Positions 26,735-33,862 of a stretch of 64,000 nucleotides of DNA are shown here, piece by piece. Origin of the DNA: Actinomycetota bacterium (GTDB lineage Bacteria > Actinomycetota > Thermoleophilia > Gaiellales > Gaiellaceae); the NCBI GenBank assembly GCA_046731605.1, contig JBKPLL010000056.1, positions 1,664 to 65,663 of the forward strand, written 5' to 3'. Position numbers and translations under genes: made by a program. Below the pieces are notes generated by a model. That model saw only the letters and a list, made by a program, of their open reading frames with translations. It made no database searches and was not told the DNA's origin. Each line of letters opens with the position of its first letter. The stretch's first letter is position 1.

Positions 26735-27298
26735 CTAGGCCGTGTCGATGTGTAGTACGCGGAAGATGCGGCGCGGCTCCTCGAACCCCTTGAACTCCAC
26801 CTCGCCCAAGTCTTCGAAGGTGAGACCGGACCCTGCGACGAGGTCGCGGGTAGTAGCGGAAACGAATACCTCGGCTGCTTCTGCCTGGGCGGCGATGCGT
26901 GCCGCGAGGTGCACGGCGATGCCACGCGGTGGCCCGCCGGCAGAGCGTTCCACCTCGCCCGTATGGATGCCACAGCGAACGCGTAGTCCGATGCTTGCCA
27001 CAGCCTCACCAATTGAAAGTGCGCAGCGGATCGCGCGCGCGGGCCCATCGAAGAGCGCGAGGAACCCGTCACCGGCAGTGTCGATCTCCTCGCCACCGAA
27101 ACGAGACAGTTCCTGCCGAACCGCGGCGTGGTGGATGTCGAGTGTTCGTGTCCAGGCTTGGTCGCCCATCCGCTCCAGCGCCTCGGTCGAGCCGACGAGA
27201 TCGGTGAAGAGGATCGTCGCCAGGACTCGCTCGGGCGCGCGCAGACCCAGGACGTCGTCGGCTAGCGGCGGCTCAGGGGGCTGTAGTGGCCCAACCAC
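26735..27298 (-). CDS. stand-alone class III nucleotidyl cyclase catalytic domain protein
   Basis: 187-aa track ORF with GTG start. Metal-binding Asp contexts ILFTDLVGST and IDTAGDGFLALF. Also GIHTGEVE. No sensor or effector domain. Confidence 0.8.
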   Translation of the reverse strand: MVGPLQPPEPPLADDVLGLRAPERVLATILFTDLVGSTEALERMGDQAWTRTLDIHHAAVRQELSRFGGEEIDTAGDGFLALFDGPARAIRCALSIGEAVASIGLRVRCGIHTGEVERSAGGPPRGIAVHLAARIAAQAEAAEVFVSATTRDLVAGSGLTFEDLGEVEFKGFEEPRRIFRVLHIDTA

Positions 27299-27338
27299 GA
27301 TCTGACGCTAACCGTCCTAACGCTCAGGCAGCAGAAGT

Positions 27339-27391
27339 CTCGCCTGGGCCAGTGTTTCGGGAATGGCCCTTGATGCTCAATGACCCTGATG
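27339..27391 (-). repeat. module-boundary repeat, copy M4 (type A with internal partial duplication)
   Basis: Minus-sense CATCAGGGTCATTGAGCATCAAGGGCCATTCCCGAAACACTGGCCCAGGCGAG. Lies 40 nt upstream of the cyclase start. Confidence 0.75.
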
Positions 27392-27401
27392 CCGATGCGA
27401 C

Positions 27402-27827
27402 CTAAGGCGCGTCGCGATTTGCAGCGTTGTCGAGCCAAGAGCCGACCACGATCGACCAGAACTCGGGTTGGGGCTTGAAGCCGAGCGATGCGTAGAAGTC
27501 CTGGGCATCGTCGGTCTGTAGGCCGACGTGCTGGCCTGGCACCTGTTCAAGCAAGTGACGGATCATTGCCGAGGCGATGCCTCGACGCCGGTAGGCCGAG
27601 GCAGTCCACACATCTACCAGGTACGCGTTGCAAACGCCGTCCGAGAGCAGCCGCGCCATCCCGATGATCTGCTCACCGTCCCGAGCGAACGCAACATGCT
27701 GCGACTGCTCGAAGGAGCGACAAAGTGCGTCCGCACTCCGTCCGTTGTCGAAGTCATCCGCCGCCAGATCAGCCTTCGCCTGCACCCAGTCGATGCGCTC
27801 CAGCGAACTATCGATCCGCACCGACAC
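27402..27827 (-). CDS. GNAT family N-acetyltransferase
   Basis: 141-aa track ORF with GTG start. Acetyl-CoA motif A YRRRGIASAMIRHLL. Confidence 0.8.
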   Translation of the reverse strand: MSVRIDSSLERIDWVQAKADLAADDFDNGRSADALCRSFEQSQHVAFARDGEQIIGMARLLSDGVCNAYLVDVWTASAYRRRGIASAMIRHLLEQVPGQHVGLQTDDAQDFYASLGFKPQPEFWSIVVGSWLDNAANRDAP

Positions 27828-27881
27828 ACGCCAACGATCGCATGAAACTGCCCGTCCGATCCAGATGCAGAGGGAAGCACG

Positions 27882-27916
27882 CTCGCCTGGGCCAGTGTTC
27901 CGGAATGACCCCCGAG
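27882..27916 (-). repeat. module-boundary repeat, copy M5 (type A, best copy)
   Basis: Minus-sense CTCGGGGGTCATTCCGGAACACTGGCCCAGGCGAG. Contains the palindrome TTCCGGAA. Lies 54 nt upstream of the GNAT start. Confidence 0.75.
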
Positions 27917-27966
27917 TCTCGCCCCGTGAAGGGGCCGACCCGCACGGTCGTGCAACAGACCTTCGC

Positions 27967-28203
27967 CTAGCGACGGCGGAAGACGAGGACGGCGCCTCCG
28001 AGAGCCGAAATCCCGATTAGGCCGAGGAGTGGGGTTCCCCAATCGGGCGACCTGACGGCGGGGACGGGGGCACCCGGGGGTACATGCCCCGTATAGCCCT
28101 TTGACAGCGGCTCCCGATACGTAGCAACCCACACCACCGCGGCCGCCCCCACACCGAGCAATAGCACTACGACGGCGAGTCGAGCTGCAATGATCCTGCT
28201 CAA
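27967..28203 (-). CDS. 78-aa protein with N-terminal and C-terminal hydrophobic segments and a basic tail
   Basis: Track ORF with TTG start; TACTAT lies 7 nt upstream of it. MSRIIAARLAVVVLLLGVGAAAVVWV...PLLGLIGISALGGAVLVFRRR. Confidence 0.5.
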   Translation of the reverse strand: MSRIIAARLAVVVLLLGVGAAAVVWVATYREPLSKGYTGHVPPGAPVPAVRSPDWGTPLLGLIGISALGGAVLVFRRR

Positions 28204-28239
28204 ACAGAAATAGTACGGCGGTGAGCAGGCGGCGTCACC

Positions 28240-28270
28240 CTCGCCTGGGCGAGCGTCCTCTCACCTGACC
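28240..28270 (-). repeat. module-boundary repeat, copy M6 (type B)
   Basis: Minus-sense GGTCAGGTGAGAGGACGCTCGCCCAGGCGAG. Lies 36 nt upstream of the 78-aa gene start. Confidence 0.65.
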
Positions 28271-28357
28271 GATGATAACTCCGTTCGGCCGCGGCGGTAC
28301 CGCTCGCTTGCGTAGGGGCCGCTGTGTGAGCGACCCCTAACGCGTGGGGCCGCTGGT

Positions 28358-29143
28358 TCAGGAGAGATATCCGCTGGCGGAGACCTCGGCGCTCCACCCG
28401 GACGGTCCACTTCCGGAGACGTCGACGCAGTACTTGTTCCCGTTGCTGCCGTATGCGGTGTAGACGAGCGGTGTCGGGTACGTGATGTTCAGCGACTGCC
28501 CGACCGGGACTGCAACCGTGAACCGCTCAGCCGCGCTGAAGGTTGCTCCGGTGAGGGCGACGCAGTCACCAGAGCTTGAGTCGCTGATGTAGACCTGAAA
28601 GTGCACTGAAACCGATCCTGCGGTGCTTCCGAAGGCGGCGATCGTGATCGAGGTCAGGTTCAGCTTCGCTGGCACCAGGTTCTGATACAGCACATCCTGG
28701 GATCCGGCACTGATGACGACGTCGTTGACCTGGTTCCACGGCTTCGCGGGAGCAGTTACGACGGCCTGACAGGCGACGCTGCCATCACTGTTGACCACAC
28801 GGACGGCCGAGCCCGAAGCGCAGTTTCCGCTCACTCGGCGCTGCAACTGACTCGCCGTCACACCCCCGACTGCGTTCGCGTTCGTCGCACTCTTCGCCGA
28901 GTCAGCGCTCTTGGCGTGGAGTGCCTCTGGCACAACAAGCCCCTTGGGATTGATCTTGACGGCCGTGACCGCGCCCTTCCTGATCTTCGGCGCCGTCACC
29001 GCGTTCTTCTTTAACTGCTTCGTCCCGACACTGTTCTTCGGCAGGCTCGTGGCCGCGTACGTCGTCCCGGCCAGCGCCACGAACAGTGCGATGATCGAGA
29101 TCACGAACGCCGGCCGCGGTGCCCTCAACAGATGCTTGTGCAT
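28358..29143 (-). CDS. secreted/anchored beta-rich protein with N-terminal KxAVTxxKI repeats (fibre-like), function unknown
   Basis: 261-aa track ORF. ATG with AAGGAGG upstream. N-terminal TM/signal segment. Repeats KKNAVTAPKIRKGAVTAVKI. Cys-containing beta-rich C-terminal domain. Confidence 0.7.
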   Translation of the reverse strand: MHKHLLRAPRPAFVISIIALFVALAGTTYAATSLPKNSVGTKQLKKNAVTAPKIRKGAVTAVKINPKGLVVPEALHAKSADSAKSATNANAVGGVTASQLQRRVSGNCASGSAVRVVNSDGSVACQAVVTAPAKPWNQVNDVVISAGSQDVLYQNLVPAKLNLTSITIAAFGSTAGSVSVHFQVYISDSSSGDCVALTGATFSAAERFTVAVPVGQSLNITYPTPLVYTAYGSNGNKYCVDVSGSGPSGWSAEVSASGYLS

Positions 29144-29357
29144 TACCCCTCCTTGGGCTCACCGATGATCGGATCGACTCTCACCAACGCGTACCTGCGA
29201 GTCAAGGCGCGGCGAAAGCGGCAATCCGCTACCCCGATCGACAGGAAGCCGAGCGCTAGGTCCGGGTCGCCTTCAACCCTGACGACGGAAATAGACGATG
29301 CAACCTTATGAGACGCTAAGGCTGCGCACGTCAAGCTCCGCGCCGCCGTTGTACTGC

Positions 29358-29387
29358 GGGCTGGGCGAGCGTCCTCTCGCCTGAACC
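29358..29387 (-). repeat. module-boundary repeat, copy M7 (type B)
   Basis: Minus-sense GGTTCAGGCGAGAGGACGCTCGCCCAGCCC. Begins 44 nt past the dapE stop and lies 214 nt upstream of the 261-aa gene. Confidence 0.65.
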
Positions 29388-29431
29388 GTTTGGGCACGGA
29401 GTAGGTACGGATTCCGCCTAACGGCGCATGA

Positions 29432-30460
29432 TCAAGCCGAAGTCAGGAACCTAGCCAGCGTGTCGTACACCGCGTGCAGGTTCGCAATCGGGATCTGCTC
29501 GTCCTGCCGGTGCGCGTACGCGGTCGCACCGGGGCCGTAGTTGATCGCGTCGATGCCCTGTTCCGCGAACTGCGCGACCGGCGTCCATGCCTGCTTCGGC
29601 GCGACGTCCGGCACGAGCTCACGCAGCCGCTCGACGAGCGGGTTTCCCAGCGCCGGCGGCGCCGAGGGCGAGTTGTGGAGGACGTGGAGCTCGCCGTCCG
29701 GGACGAGCGCGCGCAGCCGTGCCTCGGCCTCGTCGCGCGAGCGACCGGGCGCGAAGCGGAAGTTGAGCTCCGCCGAGGCGAGTGCAGGAACGACGTTCTG
29801 CGCGATCCCGCCTTCGACGCCGACCGCGCTCACCACCTCGCGGTAGACGAGCCCGTCGAGCTCGGCGTCGAGCGGCTCCAAACGTCCGAGTGGCGCGAGC
29901 CCCTCCGCGAGCGCGTGGATTGCGTTCCGGCCCGCCCAGGGGCGCGCCGAGTGCGCGCTCTCCCCGTGGAACTCGACCCGGGCCTGCAGGTTCCCGAGGC
30001 AGCCGGCGTGGAGGATCGCGTCCGTCGGCTCGAGCACGATGGCGAGCTCGGTATCCGCCAGCACGCCGCTCGCGAAGGCAGCGGGAAGCGGGCTCTCCTC
30101 GAGCGCGACCTCCTCGCGTGTGAAGAAGACATAGCGCGCGGGAGCCTGCGCGCGCGCGAGCTCGAGCATCACCGCCACGCCGCCCTTCATGTCGCTGGAT
30201 CCGAGGCCGTGCACCGCCCCGTCGGCGATGCGGCCGGGGAGGTTCTCCTGCGCCGGCACCGTGTCGAGATGGCCCGCGAGGGCGACCGGCGCGGCAGCGT
30301 CACCCCAGACGAGCGCCTCGCCGTCGTCGTAGAGCGGCGCGCCAGGCAGGAGGCTGCGCACGAGCTCCATCGCGTCGCGTTCGCGGCGGCTCTCCGAGGG
30401 AAGATCGACGAGCTCGAGCGTCCGGGCGGCGAGATCGGAATCGGTCATGGCAGGAGTCAT
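29432..30460 (-). CDS. dapE: succinyl-diaminopimelate desuccinylase (M20 family)
   Basis: In track ORF 29432..30916; ATG 30460 (alternative ATG 30448). Motifs GHLDTVP, GSSDMKGG. Confidence 0.85.
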   Translation of the reverse strand: MTPAMTDSDLAARTLELVDLPSESRRERDAMELVRSLLPGAPLYDDGEALVWGDAAAPVALAGHLDTVPAQENLPGRIADGAVHGLGSSDMKGGVAVMLELARAQAPARYVFFTREEVALEESPLPAAFASGVLADTELAIVLEPTDAILHAGCLGNLQARVEFHGESAHSARPWAGRNAIHALAEGLAPLGRLEPLDAELDGLVYREVVSAVGVEGGIAQNVVPALASAELNFRFAPGRSRDEAEARLRALVPDGELHVLHNSPSAPPALGNPLVERLRELVPDVAPKQAWTPVAQFAEQGIDAINYGPGATAYAHRQDEQIPIANLHAVYDTLARFLTSA

Positions 30461-30472
30461 AATGACCGCCGG

Positions 30473-31777
30473 ATGGCGGTGAGACAGCCCGAGCGCTCCT
30501 GGGCGGCCGAGCCCGAGCGTGGGCTCCTCGTTGCCGTGCTCCCACAGGGGGCCGACGGCGCCGACGAGCTGGCCGAGCTCGAGGAGCTCTCGCGGACCGC
30601 CGGTGTCGAGCCGGTCGGCAGGGTCGTCCAGCACCGGCGGCTCCCCGACGCGCGCACGTACGTCGGCAAGGGAAAGCTCGAAGGGCTGAAGCAGGCGTAC
30701 GGCGACGCCGGTGCCGAGGTGCTCATCGTCGACGACGAGCTCAGCCCGCCGCAGCAGCGGGCGCTCGAGAATGCCCTCCAGGCGCGGGTGGTCGACCGCA
30801 CGCAGCTGATCCTCGACATCTTCGCCCAGCATGCCGTCAGCGCCGAGGGAAAGCTCCAGGTCGAGCTTGCGCAGCTCGAGTACAACCTGCCGCGGATGCG
30901 GGGGATGTGGCAGCACCTCGAGCGCCTCGGCGGCGGGGTCGGGACCCGCGGCCCGGGCGAGTCACAGCTCGAGACCGACCGTCGTCTCGCGCGCCGCCGC
31001 ATCACGCTGCTGCGCACACGGCTGCGCAAGCTGAGCCGCCAGCGCGACGTCCGGCGCAAGGAGCGCAAGCGCACCGAGACGCCGACCGTGGCCCTCGCCG
31101 GGTACACGAATGCCGGCAAGTCCACCCTCCTCAACGCGCTCACCGACGCAGGCGTCTCCGTCCGCGACCGGCTGTTCGAGACGCTCGACCCGGTGACCCG
31201 CGGCTTCGAGCAAGAGGGTCGCCGCTATCTCGTCACCGACACCGTGGGCTTCGTCCGCCGCTTGCCGCACCAGCTGGTGGAGGGCTTCGCCGCGACGCTC
31301 GAGGAGACGCTCGTCGCCGACCTCGTCCTGCACGTCGTGGACGGCTCCGCGCCCGAGCAGCGCCTCGTCGAGCAGATCGCCGCGGTCGAGGACGTCCTGC
31401 GGGAAATCGGCGCGAACGAGCTGCCCGTCGAGCTCGTCGTCAACAAGATCGACGCGGTCGACACGCTCGGGCGACGCCGCCTCGCGAACCGGTATCCGGA
31501 CGCGCTGCAGATCTCCGCGCTCACCGGCGAGGGCCTCGACGAGCTCCGGGCACGCGTCGCCGAGCGCTTCGGTGAGCGATTCGAGCGCGTCCGGCTGCTG
31601 CTGCCGTACGAGGAGGGGGGACGCCTGAACGAGCTCTACGCGCTCGGCGCGCCGATCGACGAGCGCGAGGACACGCCCGAGGGAGTCCTCGTCGTCGCGC
31701 GACTGCCGCGCCGCGAGATCCACCGCTTCGCGCCCTACCTCATCGCCGAGGAAGCCCACGAGCGGCGCCGCGCGTGA
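30473..31777 (+). CDS. hflX: GTPase HflX
   Basis: ATG 30473 in track ORF 29474..31777. HflX N-domain. G motifs GYTNAGKST, DTVGF, NKID. Confidence 0.9.
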   Translation: MAVRQPERSWAAEPERGLLVAVLPQGADGADELAELEELSRTAGVEPVGRVVQHRRLPDARTYVGKGKLEGLKQAYGDAGAEVLIVDDELSPPQQRALENALQARVVDRTQLILDIFAQHAVSAEGKLQVELAQLEYNLPRMRGMWQHLERLGGGVGTRGPGESQLETDRRLARRRITLLRTRLRKLSRQRDVRRKERKRTETPTVALAGYTNAGKSTLLNALTDAGVSVRDRLFETLDPVTRGFEQEGRRYLVTDTVGFVRRLPHQLVEGFAATLEETLVADLVLHVVDGSAPEQRLVEQIAAVEDVLREIGANELPVELVVNKIDAVDTLGRRRLANRYPDALQISALTGEGLDELRARVAERFGERFERVRLLLPYEEGGRLNELYALGAPIDEREDTPEGVLVVARLPRREIHRFAPYLIAEEAHERRRA

Positions 31778-32208
31778 CCGAGCTCCTCGTGAAGCGGGTC
31801 CACGACGGGGCGGCACTGCCGATTCGCGCCTACGAGCACGACGCGGGGCTCGATCTGGCAGCCTGCGAGCGAGTCGTGCTCGGACCGGGGGAGCGCGCGC
31901 TGGTCGGCACCGGCCTCACGGTGGCGATCCCGGACGGGCACGCCGGCTTCGTCCAGCCGCGCTCGGGGCTCGCGGCGCGCCACGGCATCACGGTGCTGAA
32001 CACCCCGGGTCTCGTCGATGCTGGCTACCGCGGTGAGCTCAAGGTCGTTCTCCTCAACACCGATCGCACCGAGCCGTTCACCGTCGAGCCGGGCATGCGG
32101 ATCGCCCAGCTCGTCGTCGTCCCGGTGGCCTTCCCCGAGCCGAGAGAGGTTGCGGAGCTGCCGGACAGTGAGCGTGGCGAGAAGGGGTTCGGCAGCTCGG
32201 CGCACTGA
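31774..32208 (+). CDS. dut: dUTP diphosphatase
   Basis: 144-aa track ORF. GTG overlaps the hflX stop. Motifs AGLDL, RSGLA, GLVDAGYRGE, GFGSS. Confidence 0.9.
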   Translation: MTELLVKRVHDGAALPIRAYEHDAGLDLAACERVVLGPGERALVGTGLTVAIPDGHAGFVQPRSGLAARHGITVLNTPGLVDAGYRGELKVVLLNTDRTEPFTVEPGMRIAQLVVVPVAFPEPREVAELPDSERGEKGFGSSAH

Positions 32209-32669
32209 TGCCGCTCGAGCCGCGCATCCGGGTCTCGGCCGTGCTCCGCTGGGAGGGGCGCGTCCTTCTCTGCCGGCACGAGAAGTCCGGGCGCGGCGAG
32301 TACTGGCTGTTGCCGGGCGGCGGCGTCAACACCGGCGAGAGCCTCGTGGAGGCGCTGCGGCGCGAGCTCGAGGAGGAAGTCGCCATTGGTGACGACCTCA
32401 CGTTCGAGGGGCCGGTCGCCGTCGTCGACTCGATCGCTCCGAAGCGCGCCTTCATCGCCAAGCACGTCGTCCACATCATCTTCGCGGCCGACCTGTCCGG
32501 CCGGTCGCTGGAGCGCGTCACGTCGAGTGACGCTGCTGTGCGCGGCCATCGCCTGTTCGACCCCGGGGAGCTGGACGGCATCGTGCTCCACCCGCCGCTC
32601 CAGCGCTTCCTCGGCCGCTGGCAGCCCGGAGATCCGGCCGTGTACCTCGGCGCTCTTTGGGCACCGTAA
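32208..32669 (+). CDS. NUDIX hydrolase
   Basis: 153-aa track ORF. ATG overlaps the dut stop. Nudix box GGGVNTGESLVEALRRELEEEVAI. Confidence 0.85.
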   Translation: MPLEPRIRVSAVLRWEGRVLLCRHEKSGRGEYWLLPGGGVNTGESLVEALRRELEEEVAIGDDLTFEGPVAVVDSIAPKRAFIAKHVVHIIFAADLSGRSLERVTSSDAAVRGHRLFDPGELDGIVLHPPLQRFLGRWQPGDPAVYLGALWAP

Positions 32670-32674
32670 GCGGG

Positions 32675-33862
32675 ATGCCGCCGCTCAGACGCGTCTCGAT
32701 CCAGGGGTACCGCGCCGCCCGCGAGCTCCAGCTCACGCCTGGCTCTGTGTGCGCGCTCGTCGGCGAAGCGTCCAGCGGCAAGTCCACCGTGCTGACCGCG
32801 ATCTGGACGCTGCTCGAAGCAGCCGCGCCGCCGCCGACGATCGACGACGTCGCCCGAGACGGAGCCGGAGGGCGGATCCGACTCGAGGCCGACGTCGCGA
32901 AAGGCACGATCTTCCTCGACGCCAAGCCGCCCGACACGCTCAACCTCAACCGAGCAGGATCCCCGCCGGTGCTGTTCCTCCCGGCGAACCTCCGTTCGCG
33001 CACGCTCGTGGCGCCCGCCACCGGAAGCGGCGCCGCGGAGGTGGTCGAGCTCTTCCAGCCGCCGACCGTCGACCGGCACTGGGCGGCGGCCGACGGTGGG
33101 CTCGCGCTCGTGGCCGGGATGGAGCGGCTACTCGTCTCCAACCTGCGGCACTTCGTGCTTCTGATCGAGGAGCCCGAGCTCTATCTCAGCCCACACGCCC
33201 AGCGCCACCTCTACGGCCTCCTGCGGTCGCTCGCGCAGGCGGGCAACCAGATCCTCTACTCGACGCACGCGCCCGTCTTCCTGAGCGTCGACAAGCTCGA
33301 GGAGCTCGCGCTCGTCCGCCACACGCCCACCGGGGGGACGTCGCTCTTTCAGCCCGAGCCGCTCGCGGAGGCCGAGACGTTCCGCGCTCTCTCCGAGTTC
33401 GACAGCGACCGGGCGGAGCTCTTCCTCGCGCGTTGCGCGGTGCTCGTCGAGGGCCGCACCGAGAAGCTGACGCTTCCACTCGTCTTCGACGCATTGGGCG
33501 TCGATCCGGACAAGGAGGGGATCCTCGTGCTGGAGTGCGGCGGCAAGGGCAACATGCCGCTCTTCGCCCGCATCGCGAACGCCTGCAGCGTCCCCTACGT
33601 GGTCGTCCACGATCGCGACGCGCCGCGGGGGTCGCGGCCGGTCGAGTCGGAGCGGGTCGTGAACCGACTGATCCGTGAGGTCGCGGGCAGCCGGCGCACA
33701 GTCGTCCTCACGCCCGACTTCGAGACCGTCTCCGGCCTGAGAGCGAGCACCCGGGGACGCAAGCCGCACAAGGCGTGGCAGCGCTTCCGCGGGAACGGCG
33801 AGGTGCCCGAGCCGCTGCGGGTCGCCGTCGAGAAGGCGCTGAAGATCGCGCAGGTGGGTTAG
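32675..33862 (+). CDS. compact OLD-family nuclease-like protein (ABC-type ATPase + TOPRIM)
   Basis: ATG 32675 (track ORF starts at TTG 32657), 5 nt after the Nudix stop. Walker A GEASSGKST. Walker B-like LLIEEPELYLSP. H-loop YSTHAP. TOPRIM Glu VLVEGRTEK and DxD VVVHDRDA. Confidence 0.75.
   Translation: MPPLRRVSIQGYRAARELQLTPGSVCALVGEASSGKSTVLTAIWTLLEAAAPPPTIDDVARDGAGGRIRLEADVAKGTIFLDAKPPDTLNLNRAGSPPVLFLPANLRSRTLVAPATGSGAAEVVELFQPPTVDRHWAAADGGLALVAGMERLLVSNLRHFVLLIEEPELYLSPHAQRHLYGLLRSLAQAGNQILYSTHAPVFLSVDKLEELALVRHTPTGGTSLFQPEPLAEAETFRALSEFDSDRAELFLARCAVLVEGRTEKLTLPLVFDALGVDPDKEGILVLECGGKGNMPLFARIANACSVPYVVVHDRDAPRGSRPVESERVVNRLIREVAGSRRTVVLTPDFETVSGLRASTRGRKPHKAWQRFRGNGEVPEPLRVAVEKALKIAQVG

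Noticed and set aside
26735-28203. Complete Pycsar-like defence system (cyclase plus TM effector)
   Set aside because: The small two-TM protein is not adjacent to the cyclase (a GNAT module intervenes) and has no cNMP-binding domain. Only the orphan cyclase is noted.
28240-28270. Resemblance of CTCGCCTGGGC to the CCGCCTGGGCA pseudoknot strand of ZTP riboswitches
   Set aside because: The rest of the ZTP motif is absent. The string occurs in seven copies in the wrong orientation relative to the downstream genes, so it is part of the repeat family instead.
29143-29397. 84-aa minus-strand ORF upstream of the 261-aa gene
   Set aside because: It has poor codon bias, overlaps repeat copy M7 and the promoter/RBS region of the next gene, and shows no motif.
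24005-29431. Canonical integron (intI + attI + attC) or CRISPR array
   Set aside because: No integrase gene is present. The repeats lack R''/R' cores in the required order, and I could not fold them into attC-like bulged hairpins. GTTAGG-like strings occur in three gaps but at inconsistent positions. Units of 0.36-1.9 kb containing genes are not CRISPR spacers, and there are no cas genes. The cassette-like architecture itself is kept as a finding.
29401-29431. Possible direct repeat of the tRNA-Cys 3' end next to dapE (cggattccgcctaacggcgc)
   Set aside because: Alignment to ccggttcgactccggtaggcgcc is too poor (scattered matches only) to call an att repeat.
32657-32674. TTG 32657 as the start of the OLD-like gene
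   Set aside because: It overlaps the Nudix gene by 13 nt. The ATG at 32675 gives the usual family N-terminus (MPPLRRVSIQGYR...).
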